64,000 nt of DNA, from NCBI RefSeq assembly GCF_009914755.1, contig NC_060940.1; one strand, given 5' to 3'. This document shows positions 11,456 through 22,555 of the stretch, piece by piece (positions within the stretch are counted from its first letter, which is position 1; the number at the start of each line of letters is the position of its first letter). The notes under the pieces are model-generated. The model was not told the DNA's origin. It searched no databases and saw only the letters and a list, made by a program, of their open reading frames with translations. Origin of the DNA: the human T2T-CHM13v2.0 reference genome, Homo sapiens. Made by a program: the position numbers and the translations under genes.

Positions 11456-13229
11456 TGTTGTTTTCCTAAGTTCTGGGTTTTGGATTTAATTTGGTATTAT
11501 CAGTACCATCTTTCTACTAATAGTTTCCAAAATTCTGTAATCATGAAACTTAACTATAAGTAAACATTTGGAGATGTAAACCCCATATTTTTTGTGTCAC
11601 TGTGATTAGTATGGCTGTATTCATCAGAACAAATAAATAATGTTAGGTTAAGCAATGTGTACATTGATATTGTTCTCTTTGAAGGTCAGCTATATAGGGC
11701 TTGTATTGTGGTTCTGTGAACAAATTGCTGAAACCTCCTCCGTGTATTTTGTGTAATTATCCAAGAAAGGCTTATAATCTAAGGTATTTGCTAAATTTCC
11801 CTTATTCCAGACAATAACAACAAAAAACCGGGGAAACTGCATTCAAGGAGCATTCTGTGAAACCTCAGAGAATACTTCTGCTTACCTCACTACCCAATTG
11901 TCAGTCACATGGTCAAATGCAAATACAGAACGATGGGAAAGAGTATTTTCACTAGCCACATCACTGACCACATTATAATTTAAATTAAAATTTAAATTAT
12001 ATTCTGAAGAAAAGTGTGGAATTGAAATTTAGGGACAAAATCAGCAGTTTATAAAATAATAAATCATAGTTTTATGTATATACATGAGAAGAATAAACTA
12101 TTGTGCTAGCATATACATTATGAAACACAAATATATGTAATTTACAAAGCATAGAAGAGAAATACGTAAACAAAATAGAACTTCATCCTGCCTTGCCCTA
12201 TCCAACACAGTGAACAAACCAGATTTGGGATGTTGTATTATAACAATGTAGAATAAATTAGGATTGAGGTTAATTACTCCTGCATAATGGTATTATTTAA
12301 AGTGGTTGTTATATAACAGATAGGGATTTTCTGCACCATATTCTTTGGTTGAATTAATTTATTATATTTCAATGATAACTGCTCAGCTCTATCCTTTCTA
12401 ATTTCAGAGGTGTTTAACTGAAGATGCAGAAAATTTCAATTGAGGAATGCTAGTCACAATTATACCCACAGCTGATGAGAAGTAACATCAGAAATCTGCC
12501 GTCTGTTTCCTCCTTCAATATTTAAGAATTTCACTTTTTAAGTCTTTTTGATTTGAGAAATAACATGTTTAACTATCGTTAATATTTGAATGTCATACAG
12601 GTGAACACACTGTTATTTACAACTTGATTTCACTCTGCCATCATTCTACTACCTCCAGACAATTAGAAGCTAGGAGAAATGTACAGGATTAGTGTTCACC
12701 AAAACATTTTATTGAGACAACCTGCATTTAAAGAAAATATTATGAAATTCTCATTGTGCCAAAATTTTTAATAATATTGCATATTTCATAAAACAAAACT
12801 CTATAAGAGAATAAATAAGATTTAGGATTTTTGTGTATTTTAGGATAACCAATGCTATGAATTATCCTGAATGAAAACCCTGGGATTAATCTATAGCTAT
12901 TCCATGTTTAATTTGGTTATTTCGGTAATATTTTAAATAAATGTCATAATGGCAACATATTTAACCCTGTTTATTCTCTTATTACTGTTTTACTCTGAGC
13001 TCTGTAACATTAGAGAAATGCAGATGCCAGTAATCTTAAATATTTGTGCCTTCATGTTTTTGGTGAAATGAATGTGATATTTATCATACTCATTTAGGGA
13101 CATGACTACATATATCCCAAGCTGTCCTTTGATAGAAATAAACTGAAAAGTTGGAAAAAAACTTTAACATTTCAATTCCTACTAGAGACCCATTTCACCT
13201 CTTACATTCATGGATTATATTTCTACTGC

Positions 13230-13420
13230 TAAAAATAACAGTAATGATAGAAATATGTATTTAACATTTCCTATGTGCCACATGTTTTAATAATTTCATT
13301 TAATATTCAAAAAATTTCCATATGTCTTCAATTTATGTAGGCCCACTTTTCAGACATGAAATTGCTAGCTCAAATGTTATAGACTTTGATAGAAGGTTTT
13401 AACATACTGATGTAGCCCAA
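13230..13420 (-). mobile_element. MIR fragment
   Basis: aataacagtaat...tttaacatttcctatgtgcca...cccacttttcagacatgaaatt, a degenerate MIR core. Confidence 0.55.
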
Positions 13421-14769
13421 CTCACACATTTCAGAGACAGAAATAATAACCTCTACCTGTAGCAATAAGCATGTAAAGTTTTAAAAATAATTTAATTTAA
13501 AAAGTAAAAAAGCGAAAGTAGTTTCATAATTTACAAAGTGAAAAGTGGTTTCAAGGTCATCCTAAAATAATATAATTTATGAATTCTGATGTGCATGTGT
13601 GTGTGAGAGACAGCCAGCCATCGTACATGATTGTGCCATATATAAATGTCATTTATCCTATGAATTCTAATACAATACATATGCTTTTTGAAATCTGATT
13701 TAAGTAGCAGCTTGGGGACCACATTTAAAGAGTTCTAAAACCTTAATAGAAAGATATGACACATAATAAGATATTCAGTAATGGAATTACTGGGATTAAT
13801 GGTAGAAATGTTAGTGTTTTCTTAGATAATACTTACAATAACAAAAAAATTATATCACCAATATTCTTACCACCTAGAAAGACCTACCTTTACTGCTCTT
13901 TAAAGTTTTTTTAATGGAATATTAGTATAAATAGAAACATAAACTAAATGTATACTTATATTAACTATGAGATTTGTTAAATTTAAACATTTGACCATTT
14001 TCCACTTAGGAAACACTAATAATTTTCATGCCATTAAATAATTTTTGGAAACCATTATCTTCAAGGATGGTAATATTACATAAAATTGAAGTAACAATTT
14101 ATATAAAGTCTATATATTAATCTCTACATTTAAAATCATTCCAAAATTAATACTTTAACATTTTATAAATATAATTATATGTGCGCATATAAATTTATTT
14201 TATTAATATCAATTTGTGAAATCACTTGATCATAAGGTATACTTATTCTTAAGTTAAAAAAATAGAGCAAATTAATACATCTAAAAGAGAGTGAAATGTG
14301 TACATATATTTTTGCTATCTTTTTAGCTGTATCTACCTTCATCTTTAAATAATTGTTGAAAGTTTTTTAGCTTCTTGGTCATTCTGTGTGTCTGCATAGT
14401 CTTTTGTATTTTATAGATATCTAGCTTTCTCCTGTAACAATAGACTTCCTCTACCTAGATGGAATATAGTCGGAATATTCCTAAGTCACATACTCATTTC
14501 TCTGACACAGAAGATGAGAAATGCTCTCAGTGTCCATCACCAAAGTCCTGGAAAAATATTTGAACTGGCCATGCTTAAATCATGTTTCCATTTGTGATCC
14601 AAGCATTATAATCAGGACAAAGTGAACAGTAATGGATTCAGAGTAAGGAAATGTGCCAAATTCTGTGGTCAAAGGGTCAGGATCTATTGCCAAAAGGGTT
14701 ATAGGCTTGATGTGGAAGCTGAGAACAGAGTGATGTCATTTAATCATTCTATTATCTTCAGTTTTGCAA

Positions 14770-15057
14770 TTTTTAAATTAATAATAATTGTACATGTTCA
14801 TACCTATAATGTATGGTGATCAGATCAGGATAATCAGCATATACATCATCTCAAACATTCATTATTTCTTTGTGTTGGGAACATTTTAATAACCTTCTTC
14901 TAGCTATTTGAAAATATACAATATATTATTATTGACTGTATCCATCCTACAGTGGTATAGAATACTGGAAATCACTCTTCCTATCTAGCTATAATTGTGT
15001 AACCTTTAACAAATCTTTCCCTATCTCTCCATTCCCTTTACCTTCCCAGCCTCTAGT
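14770..15057 (-). mobile_element. L1MA (MA7/8-like) 3' end
   Basis: gtgatcagatcaggataatcagcatat...ttctagctatttgaaaatatacaat, typical L1MA 3'UTR in reverse. Confidence 0.8.
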
Positions 15058-16630
15058 GGTTGGTTATTTGCTTTGTGTAATTCAAAATCAAATACTATAA
15101 ATTACCAGCATGATGGTAAAATCAGAGGTCCTTTTTGTAGGGTAAATATTCCTAAAATAAGAGAACAATCAGAAGGGGCAGAAAATTAATTACAATACTT
15201 AAACATAACCTCAAATTCTGTATTTTTTACTTGACTCATGTAAAATCCATAGGCTGTGTTTTTGTGATCCTATCCATAGGAACATGTTTTTATGATCTAC
15301 CTAAAATAATTAATCACTGTAGTTTTTGAAAATAAAGGCAGACGAACAGCAACAACAACAACATAGCATGTAAAATTCACTCCCACCTTAGGCAGTGATA
15401 AATACACTTAATGTCAGTGAGTCAGGGGTACAGGGAGACCAACAGAGAAGCTACGTTTTTCCAGATGTTAAAGATTTGTAAACAGGTTACAGGAGCAGCA
15501 CATCCTGCTCCGAATTAGCTTTGCCAACCAGATTACTAAAGCTAAAGGAAAAGAAAAATAGAATGCCTAAGCAACCCCAGAGACTTTGCAATGAGAGGAT
15601 TGTGAAGGATGTTTGCTGGTACAGATCGCTACATGGGATAAACCAGGTTTTATGTTTCTATTTACATATTAATTGTAATTCAACTATGGCATAATTAAGG
15701 AGGCTCAATACAAGGTTGTATGAAAACAATTGCATAAACAATAAGTATTGGGCTTTTGAGGATTGTTACAAAGTTTACTTAAAATGCTGTCACAGTTCTT
15801 GTCTCGATTTTATTCATGCCTAGTTTCCATTTTAATGATTGATTTATTATTTCTCATAAATTTAAATGAAGCTAGTTTTGGCAGTAATACTCTTTTATTC
15901 CATTATTATTTCTCATGAAAAAAAGTTGGGGGTTTAAGATATTGCAGTTAGTGATTTTTTTTTTTCAAACAAGGGAGCAGATTAAACGAAATCTCTATCA
16001 CAGGAGGTTAGAAATTATTTGTTTTTTTGCATGCAAATTAGAATGGCATCATGTCAAATTGATAAGTTACATTCTGTAGGAGTCCAAAAAGACAAAATTT
16101 AAATATTTAGTATTTCAAACATTAAAATAACTGTACAATGGAATTAGAACTAAGCCATTACATAAATATAAAAAATAAATTGTGAACAAATATGAAGTTA
16201 TTTATTGACCATTCTAAAGTGACTATGTTATTAAAAAGAGTCTCTGTACCTGGGGAAAGGAGGGTTGCTTTTAAGTCACAGAATTTTGCAAATATTTGAA
16301 GTATTGAAAAATATAGCATTAAACAAACAAAAGATAAGAGAAATCTCAATGTAATACGATAAGGGACAAAGGAGGTGCTGGGAGATTATTTTCTAGTTGA
16401 TTGTGAATAGTAAGTGAATAGGAAGTCTAAAGCTATTGACTAAGAGGAGGATGAAAGAAATCTATCTCTTGGTTTCAATGATTTTTCTTTCTTCCTCATT
16501 TTATCCTTCTCTTTTTTATATTTTTTCCGTCTTATTTTTGTCTTCAGTTTACTCTTTTAGCTTTTTCCTCTATTGTATCTCCTTTTCCCCAAATATAACA
16601 ATCAGCATAGTAATTGTGAAATACCCAAGC

Positions 16631-16732
16631 ATGTGTGTGTATGTGTGCGTGCGTGTGTGTGCGTCTCTCTCTATATATACACAGAAAAAATATACACACA
16701 AAATATACACACACAAAATATACACACAAAAT
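16631..16732. repeat. Compound (TG)n/(TC)n microsatellite plus short tacacacaaaa repeats
   Basis: Direct inspection. Confidence 0.9.
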
Positions 16733-16903
16733 AAGAAGCTACGGAGTAGTGTTTGGGGTTTGGTTGGGGTGCACAGGGGATAGCATGTAAATGTAAAGTA
16801 TTTACTATACAGTAATATTAAACATGACAAGATGGTCATTATGCCTCTTGGCTCTACTTTGTAAAAATCCCATTTTATTTACTCAGTAGATTAACCCTTA
16901 GAA

Positions 16904-17428
16904 CAGGAAAATGTAACCTTTTTGTACCCTGGACCCCATGAGTAGTCTGATGAAGTACAAAGACACCCTCTCAGAATTATTTTTAAATGCATAAAATAAA
17001 AAGCATAGGATTACAAAGGAAAACAATTATGTCAAAACATAGTGATCAAAATACTAAAAATGCAATTTATCAATGTAGTCATCTATGTGCTTTTTAATTA
17101 AAATATTAACAGCCTGGTGTAGTTTTATTATAATAACAATCATACTTTCAAGATAGCGATGAGATTAATAATACAGATATCTACACAAGTATAATTTGAG
17201 AAAATACACATATTACAATATCTGTGGTTTTTATTAGTGACAAAGTCATATGTCTTGCTTGATTAAACAGTAGCTTAATCATATTTTTGCAAAAATTTGT
17301 ATTTGAAGAAAATGCAAGTTTCAGTTTAATGTTAATTAAAATAAAGATGCAATTTTGTTTTATTTTCCATATTCAGTCAAAGATCGCCTCAATTCTATTC
17401 ATAGATCCCATATTAACAATGCTTGCTG
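16904..17428 (+). mobile_element. hAT-Charlie non-autonomous DNA transposon (MER119-like)
   Basis: ctctcagaattatttttaaatgcataaaataaaaagcataggattacaaaggaaaacaattat matches the recalled consensus; Charlie-like ends. Confidence 0.65.
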
Positions 17429-17809
17429 CAGATGCCAGAAACCATATTGTTTCATATTTGACTTTATACCATCAATTTCTCTAAGTAAGACGTTTCCAAC
17501 TTTATGAACTAGCAAATTACCAAAGGGAATTATTTTTAATATTGTTTCAAAAATACAAATTTTAGGGCCTAACCCCAAACAGAGCTCTGGCCAGAGAATG
17601 ACCATGCTACTTGCCACGGGAACTATTAAAGAGAAGCAGTTTCTCAGAATCCTTGAATTTCTCAGAATCCAGGAAACTTTTTCTAATCTAGTTCATAACA
17701 CTCATGACAACAACAATGACAAAATTAGTTAAACAAACACACACATAGATAGAAGAAATAATCTCTCTTCCAAGTAAGTTTTGGCAAATTGTCAGATAAC
17801 TGGTTTATG

Positions 17810-17843
17810 AGTGTGTGTGTGTGTATGTGTGTGTGTGAGAGAG
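17810..17843. repeat. (TG)n microsatellite
   Basis: Direct inspection. Confidence 0.9.
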
Positions 17844-18820
17844 ATTACAAAAATCTGAGCAATATAGAAAAATAGTATACACAGTATACTATACTATACA
17901 CAGTATCTCAGCAAAGTATACAAAGTTAGAATGTAATCTGCAGAAGATACACTTGACTTACCTAACTTTAACTCTCTACATGATAGGCACATTACTTATT
18001 CCAAGGCTCATCTTGGAGGGGACAAAAAGATGGCGCACATGCAGAACCTACCATGGTATCCAGCAGACTGGACAATCAAATCATGGTTGTGGTTATTACA
18101 ATAATGATGATTATTATTATTACTATTTCTGCTGTAGTATTAAATTTACTTCACTTATATTCTCCATCGCTTTTCATATTCATCCTATTTGTAGCGTGTC
18201 TTTGTTAACATATCAAGCATCTGTTTCTTTCTACATATTTTGTCTATTTTATTATTTTATAATTAATTTAGGAGACATTACCAATATGTGCAATAATAAG
18301 AGGTGTTTGGATTACAGATGTATACTCTGATGAAAATAAAAACCTCTAATTTTCTTCTCCTGTCACCAGTAAGGAACTGCTTCAGTCAGATGTGGGAGGT
18401 TTAAGAAAGACCTTCATGATACGAAGAACATTATTATTCTTATCCAAGAGTTTGTGGGGGAGAAGATATTCAAGAAATAAAAGAACTTCAAATATTCTTC
18501 AGAGATAATTCGGGATGGTATAAAATATGGAAAAAGTAAAATACTTCATTTATCTTCACATGTTTGGGATACGGGAACATCTCTTGGTTTACTGTTTTTT
18601 CTAAACAATGGTAGTTCCAACTGGCAAAAAAAAATGGATAAAATCAAAACAGAAATTCATAACTAAAGTAACTCTGAAATTCACTGGATTTCAATCAAGC
18701 AAAAGAACAAGATATCCGAATAAAAAGTAAAAGCCATTTTAAGAAGAAGCTGAATAAGTTTAAGGTGGAACAAGGACACTTTTGCTTTCTCTTCCCATGA
18801 TTACAAGTAAAAAAAAATGT

Positions 18821-18860
18821 AAAGACACTTATTGGAAAAAAAAAAAAAGACACTTATTGG
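18821..18860 (+). mobile_element. Solitary poly(A) insertion flanked by 15-bp direct repeats
   Basis: aaagacacttattgg (18821-18835) + A-run + aaagacacttattgg (18846-18860). Confidence 0.7.
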
Positions 18861-19149
18861 AGGATTCTGAAAATTAAATAAGAGCAAGTAACTAAGATAG
18901 GAGAATCAAAATTCAAGAAATGGCTCATAAGGCAATATGCAGCTAGTTTTTTTTTTTCTCCTGGATTTCCTGGGAGACTCAGACTCTAAGGCGGTCCCAG
19001 TCACAAATGGGTGCATAAAGATAATATTGCTCTCAGACAGAAAATAGCTAGAGAACTTGGAAAAGGGTTCCGTGCAATAAATCTCATTTGATTCTTCTGG
19101 TCTTTCTCAAGGTGAGCCTCAGCTACAAAACTGCACTCTTGTTTCAGCA

Positions 19150-19760
19150 GTGATGGTGGCAATGTAGTATAGTGATGGTATGATGACCTCATAGGCTCGT
19201 TTTTTCTTGCCACATTGCCCAGTGCAGACCCAGTTATGGGAAGTGTGCAACAGTGCAGAGAAGCTAAGCCCCTTACTTTCTAGCGAGAGTGCTAGGAAAA
19301 ATAAAAAGCCCCGGGAACCCACATATGTATGGCAGATCATGACTAGAGTGGAGCTAAAGGAAGAAATTCTTTGAAATTATATACAAAGTCTCAGGCTCAC
19401 TTCCAAGCTGTACACGTGTGAAACTGTAAAATGGCAAAGACTTTCAGAAGTGGTGATTAAAATAGACCACCATTAGTGTCCCGTACTGGCCCCTGGGTGG
19501 TGAACATAAGAAGTAGAACAGAATAGCAACACAAAGCCTTTGAAAACTAAACTGATGTTGAAACCACGATCCACAGGATGTGGGTCAGAACTTGCAGTAT
19601 AGACCTTTCTGGGTTTATTGTCCCCTAAAACAAATAAAAATTTTAAATAAAATTAGCACTCTCCAGAAGATTTTAGCAACACACAGTTTCATAATGCAGT
19701 GTTAAGATGTCCAGGATATAATCCAAACTTACTTGACATACAGAAACTAGGAAAATATAA
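19150..19760 (+). mobile_element. Ancient L1M/L1ME 5' region fragment
   Basis: Ends in gatgtccaggatataatccaaacttacttgacatacagaaactaggaaaat, typical of the pre-ORF1 region of old L1s. Confidence 0.5.
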
Positions 19761-21061
19761 ATAAACCTTATCAATTAGTTCATTTTGAAATTTTCAATAA
19801 ATGGAAAGGTTCTTTCCATGTATAAATATGTCTATATATAAAACATATATATGTTTGTAACATATGCATACACACATTATAAATTATATATAGTGCTTAT
19901 ATAATATTATGTACATTGTTCCCAAATTAACCCATTTAAAAATTAGATATATATTCCTTAAATGAGGAAAATAGACCAAATTATTATTTTAAGTGGTTAT
20001 TAAAAATAATTATTGTTCTCTAAACATCAAATATTTTCTGTATTATTTTAATTTAATCAATAGAGCAAAGAGATATTAGGATGTGGGTAGTATTATAAGT
20101 GCAGACTTTTTTTTCCTTTCTACTTTTCAGTAAAACTCTTATTGAAATGGTAACCAAAATCCATAAATTGTGTTAAACATTTTTTATATTAAAGAAATTA
20201 TGTATACATGCATATGTTTTTTAAAAAATTAACCGAATAGTAAAAAAGGCTTATAATGAAAAGCAAAAGTCTTCTGCTCTATAGCTTTTCCAGCTCCATT
20301 ATTAATTTCCATTCAACAGATTTTCTCCCAGGTATTTTTTACATTCTTTAAACTTACAAAGAAGATGCTTTTACTGCCATTATTTCTATAAAAAATTTAG
20401 GTATTGTTCATTGATGACGCGATGTTAGATAATATTTAGCTTTCTAATACTAGCTATACAAGTCTTTCCATTCTACCAGTACAGCATATTACTAACTTTA
20501 ATTAATTTATTGATTATTTTTCAAACTTTTAAAGCCTTGTTTACACATTTTTCTTATTCTATTAACTCTAGAAGGCACACCTGTATTTGCAATTACTTAC
20601 AAATGGACTCACTATCACCTCTACTCTTCACCTCACTTCTTCTTCTATCTCCTAAATGCAGTCATTTGTAATTACTTCTTTTAGTTTCTGAGCTTAATCA
20701 TTATAAAGCAGAATGTAAAATTAAGTTACTGTGTTTTGTCTATACGTTTTTATCTTGCAACCTTGAAATCAATAAACAATTGATATTAGATTAGTATGTT
20801 TATTACTAACTGAAAGTATGTTCATCTGATAACCACATGAAGCCTGATGATATTTTCTTAATCCTAGATGGGGAAATAAAAACCAAAACAAAACAACGAT
20901 TTTTTATCTCTTAAATAGAAACCTAAATACTATTAGTATAATGTTAATGGACTTACTGTTTAGACTTCCAAAAATCTGGTTCCAGGACCCAAGACTTTAG
21001 CCAAAGCCCCTGATAATTCTGTTGCAGAAAATCTACAGACACTTTTATTAAAGTAAGTCTA

Positions 21062-21434
21062 GAGCTTTGCTACTGAAAGTGTGGTTCTCTTAGGGTCTGC
21101 AGATATAATACAGGGTACTCAGCTTAAATTAAAATCTTGGATAACCAATGAAGAATGTTTTAGTGTAAGTCTGTCTGTCCTATGCAATATTTAGGGCATA
21201 CTTATACTAAAATACTTATTTGAAATTCAAATTTAACTAGGAGTTCTATATTTCATCTGCTAAATCTGCCAATCCTAATCCTTCAGACCAGAAGCACTAA
21301 CATCAGCTAGGAATTTATTTAAAATATAGAGTCTCTAGCCCCACTTTAGATTTACTGAATCAAAATTTTCTAGTTAACAGTGTATCTAGGATACTATTAA
21401 TTCAGTTTTACATGTAAAGCACTTGGAAGTCATC
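21062..21434 (+). mobile_element. MER5-like hAT MITE split by a MER53 insertion
   Basis: gctactgaaagtgtggtt (21069-21086) resumes as cagaccagaagcactaacatca...gatttactgaatcaaaa after 21278. Confidence 0.65.
21091..21277. mobile_element. MER53 palindromic hAT MITE
   Basis: tagggt...gtcctatgcaatatttagggcatacttatactaaaa...gaaattcaaatttaact...gctaaatctgccaatccta. Confidence 0.85.
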
Positions 21435-21444
21435 ATTCAAAAAA

Positions 21445-22555
21445 ATATTTAAAAAACTGAGAATCAACAACTTTTATTTGTCCCTACCTCCCCCAGGAAG
21501 CTAGGGTTGCAAAAGAAATTGTGATCCCCAATTGGAGAGTCAGGTGAATTCAGAGTTATTATCAACATCTGACTACCTGGAGCCATAAACTTGAAGGAAT
21601 GTATACGTGGTAAATTTGATAAATTGTTGAAGGCTGTGTGAAGCCTAGTATGAGTGCAAGGAACACCTGGGGGCTGCAGTATTAGGGTGACCTCCACACT
21701 TTTGAAGATTTTTGCCTCCCAGAAGTAAACCAGGTTTCACAGTGAAAAGCCAAAGAAGTTTCCCTGTGGCTTTGTCAAGGAGAGGAGAAGAGTAACACTT
21801 TTGAAATATGCTCAAAGTATTCACCATACAGATGTCATACATTTTGTGGTAAAATAATTGACTAGAGTCTTATGTCACATGGGACAAAGGCATGTCCCCA
21901 ATCCCAGATCCTTCTAGCCTTCTTGTCTCACAGGAGATGCTAAGAAACACTTATAAAATTCACAGCCCAGAAACATGAGACCATCAAAAGACTGAGATTT
22001 AATTATAAAATTATATAATATTTCCATTCCATGATACCTTATAACCATACCAGAAGGTTCCAACTTCAAAACAATGGCTTCGAGCTAAACAATCTGCAGG
22101 ATGCAGACTGTATCTAAGGAAAAGTTCATAAGGAAACCCGAAGACAACAGGAGAGAAAACAGGAACACTAAAGAAAGCTGAAGCCTCTGGCTCTTACAGA
22201 TCCAGTAAACATAAAACAGAGCTCAACTCTAAGGTATATTAATTAGCACGAAACCCCACACTAAAAGCTTATCTACTCGCATTTTTATAAACCAATACAT
22301 TATGTACTGCAATCAACAAAAAATTACAAGGCATGGCAACAGGCAAAAAATAACCACATTCTCAGGACACAAAACAAGCATTAGAACGAGATAAGATATG
22401 ATGCAGATTTTGTAATTATCAGATACGGAATGTAAAAATAACTATGATTAATATGTTAAAAACTAATAGAAAAAGTACACAACATGAAAGAACACAAAAG
22501 TAATATAAGCAAAGGCCTGGAAATTCTAGAAGGAATCAAAAGGAAATGCAAGTAT
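21445..22555 (+). mobile_element. Ancient L1MC/MD-like 5' region
   Basis: Colinear homology with 910-1990 (ctccacacttttgaagatt vs cccacacttttgtaggtt; aaaaaattacaag...aggcaa). Confidence 0.75.

Noticed and set aside
17953-18330. 125-aa ORF in non-repeat DNA
   Set aside because: TTG start, (TAT)n-derived tyrosine run, no recognisable domain or coding bias
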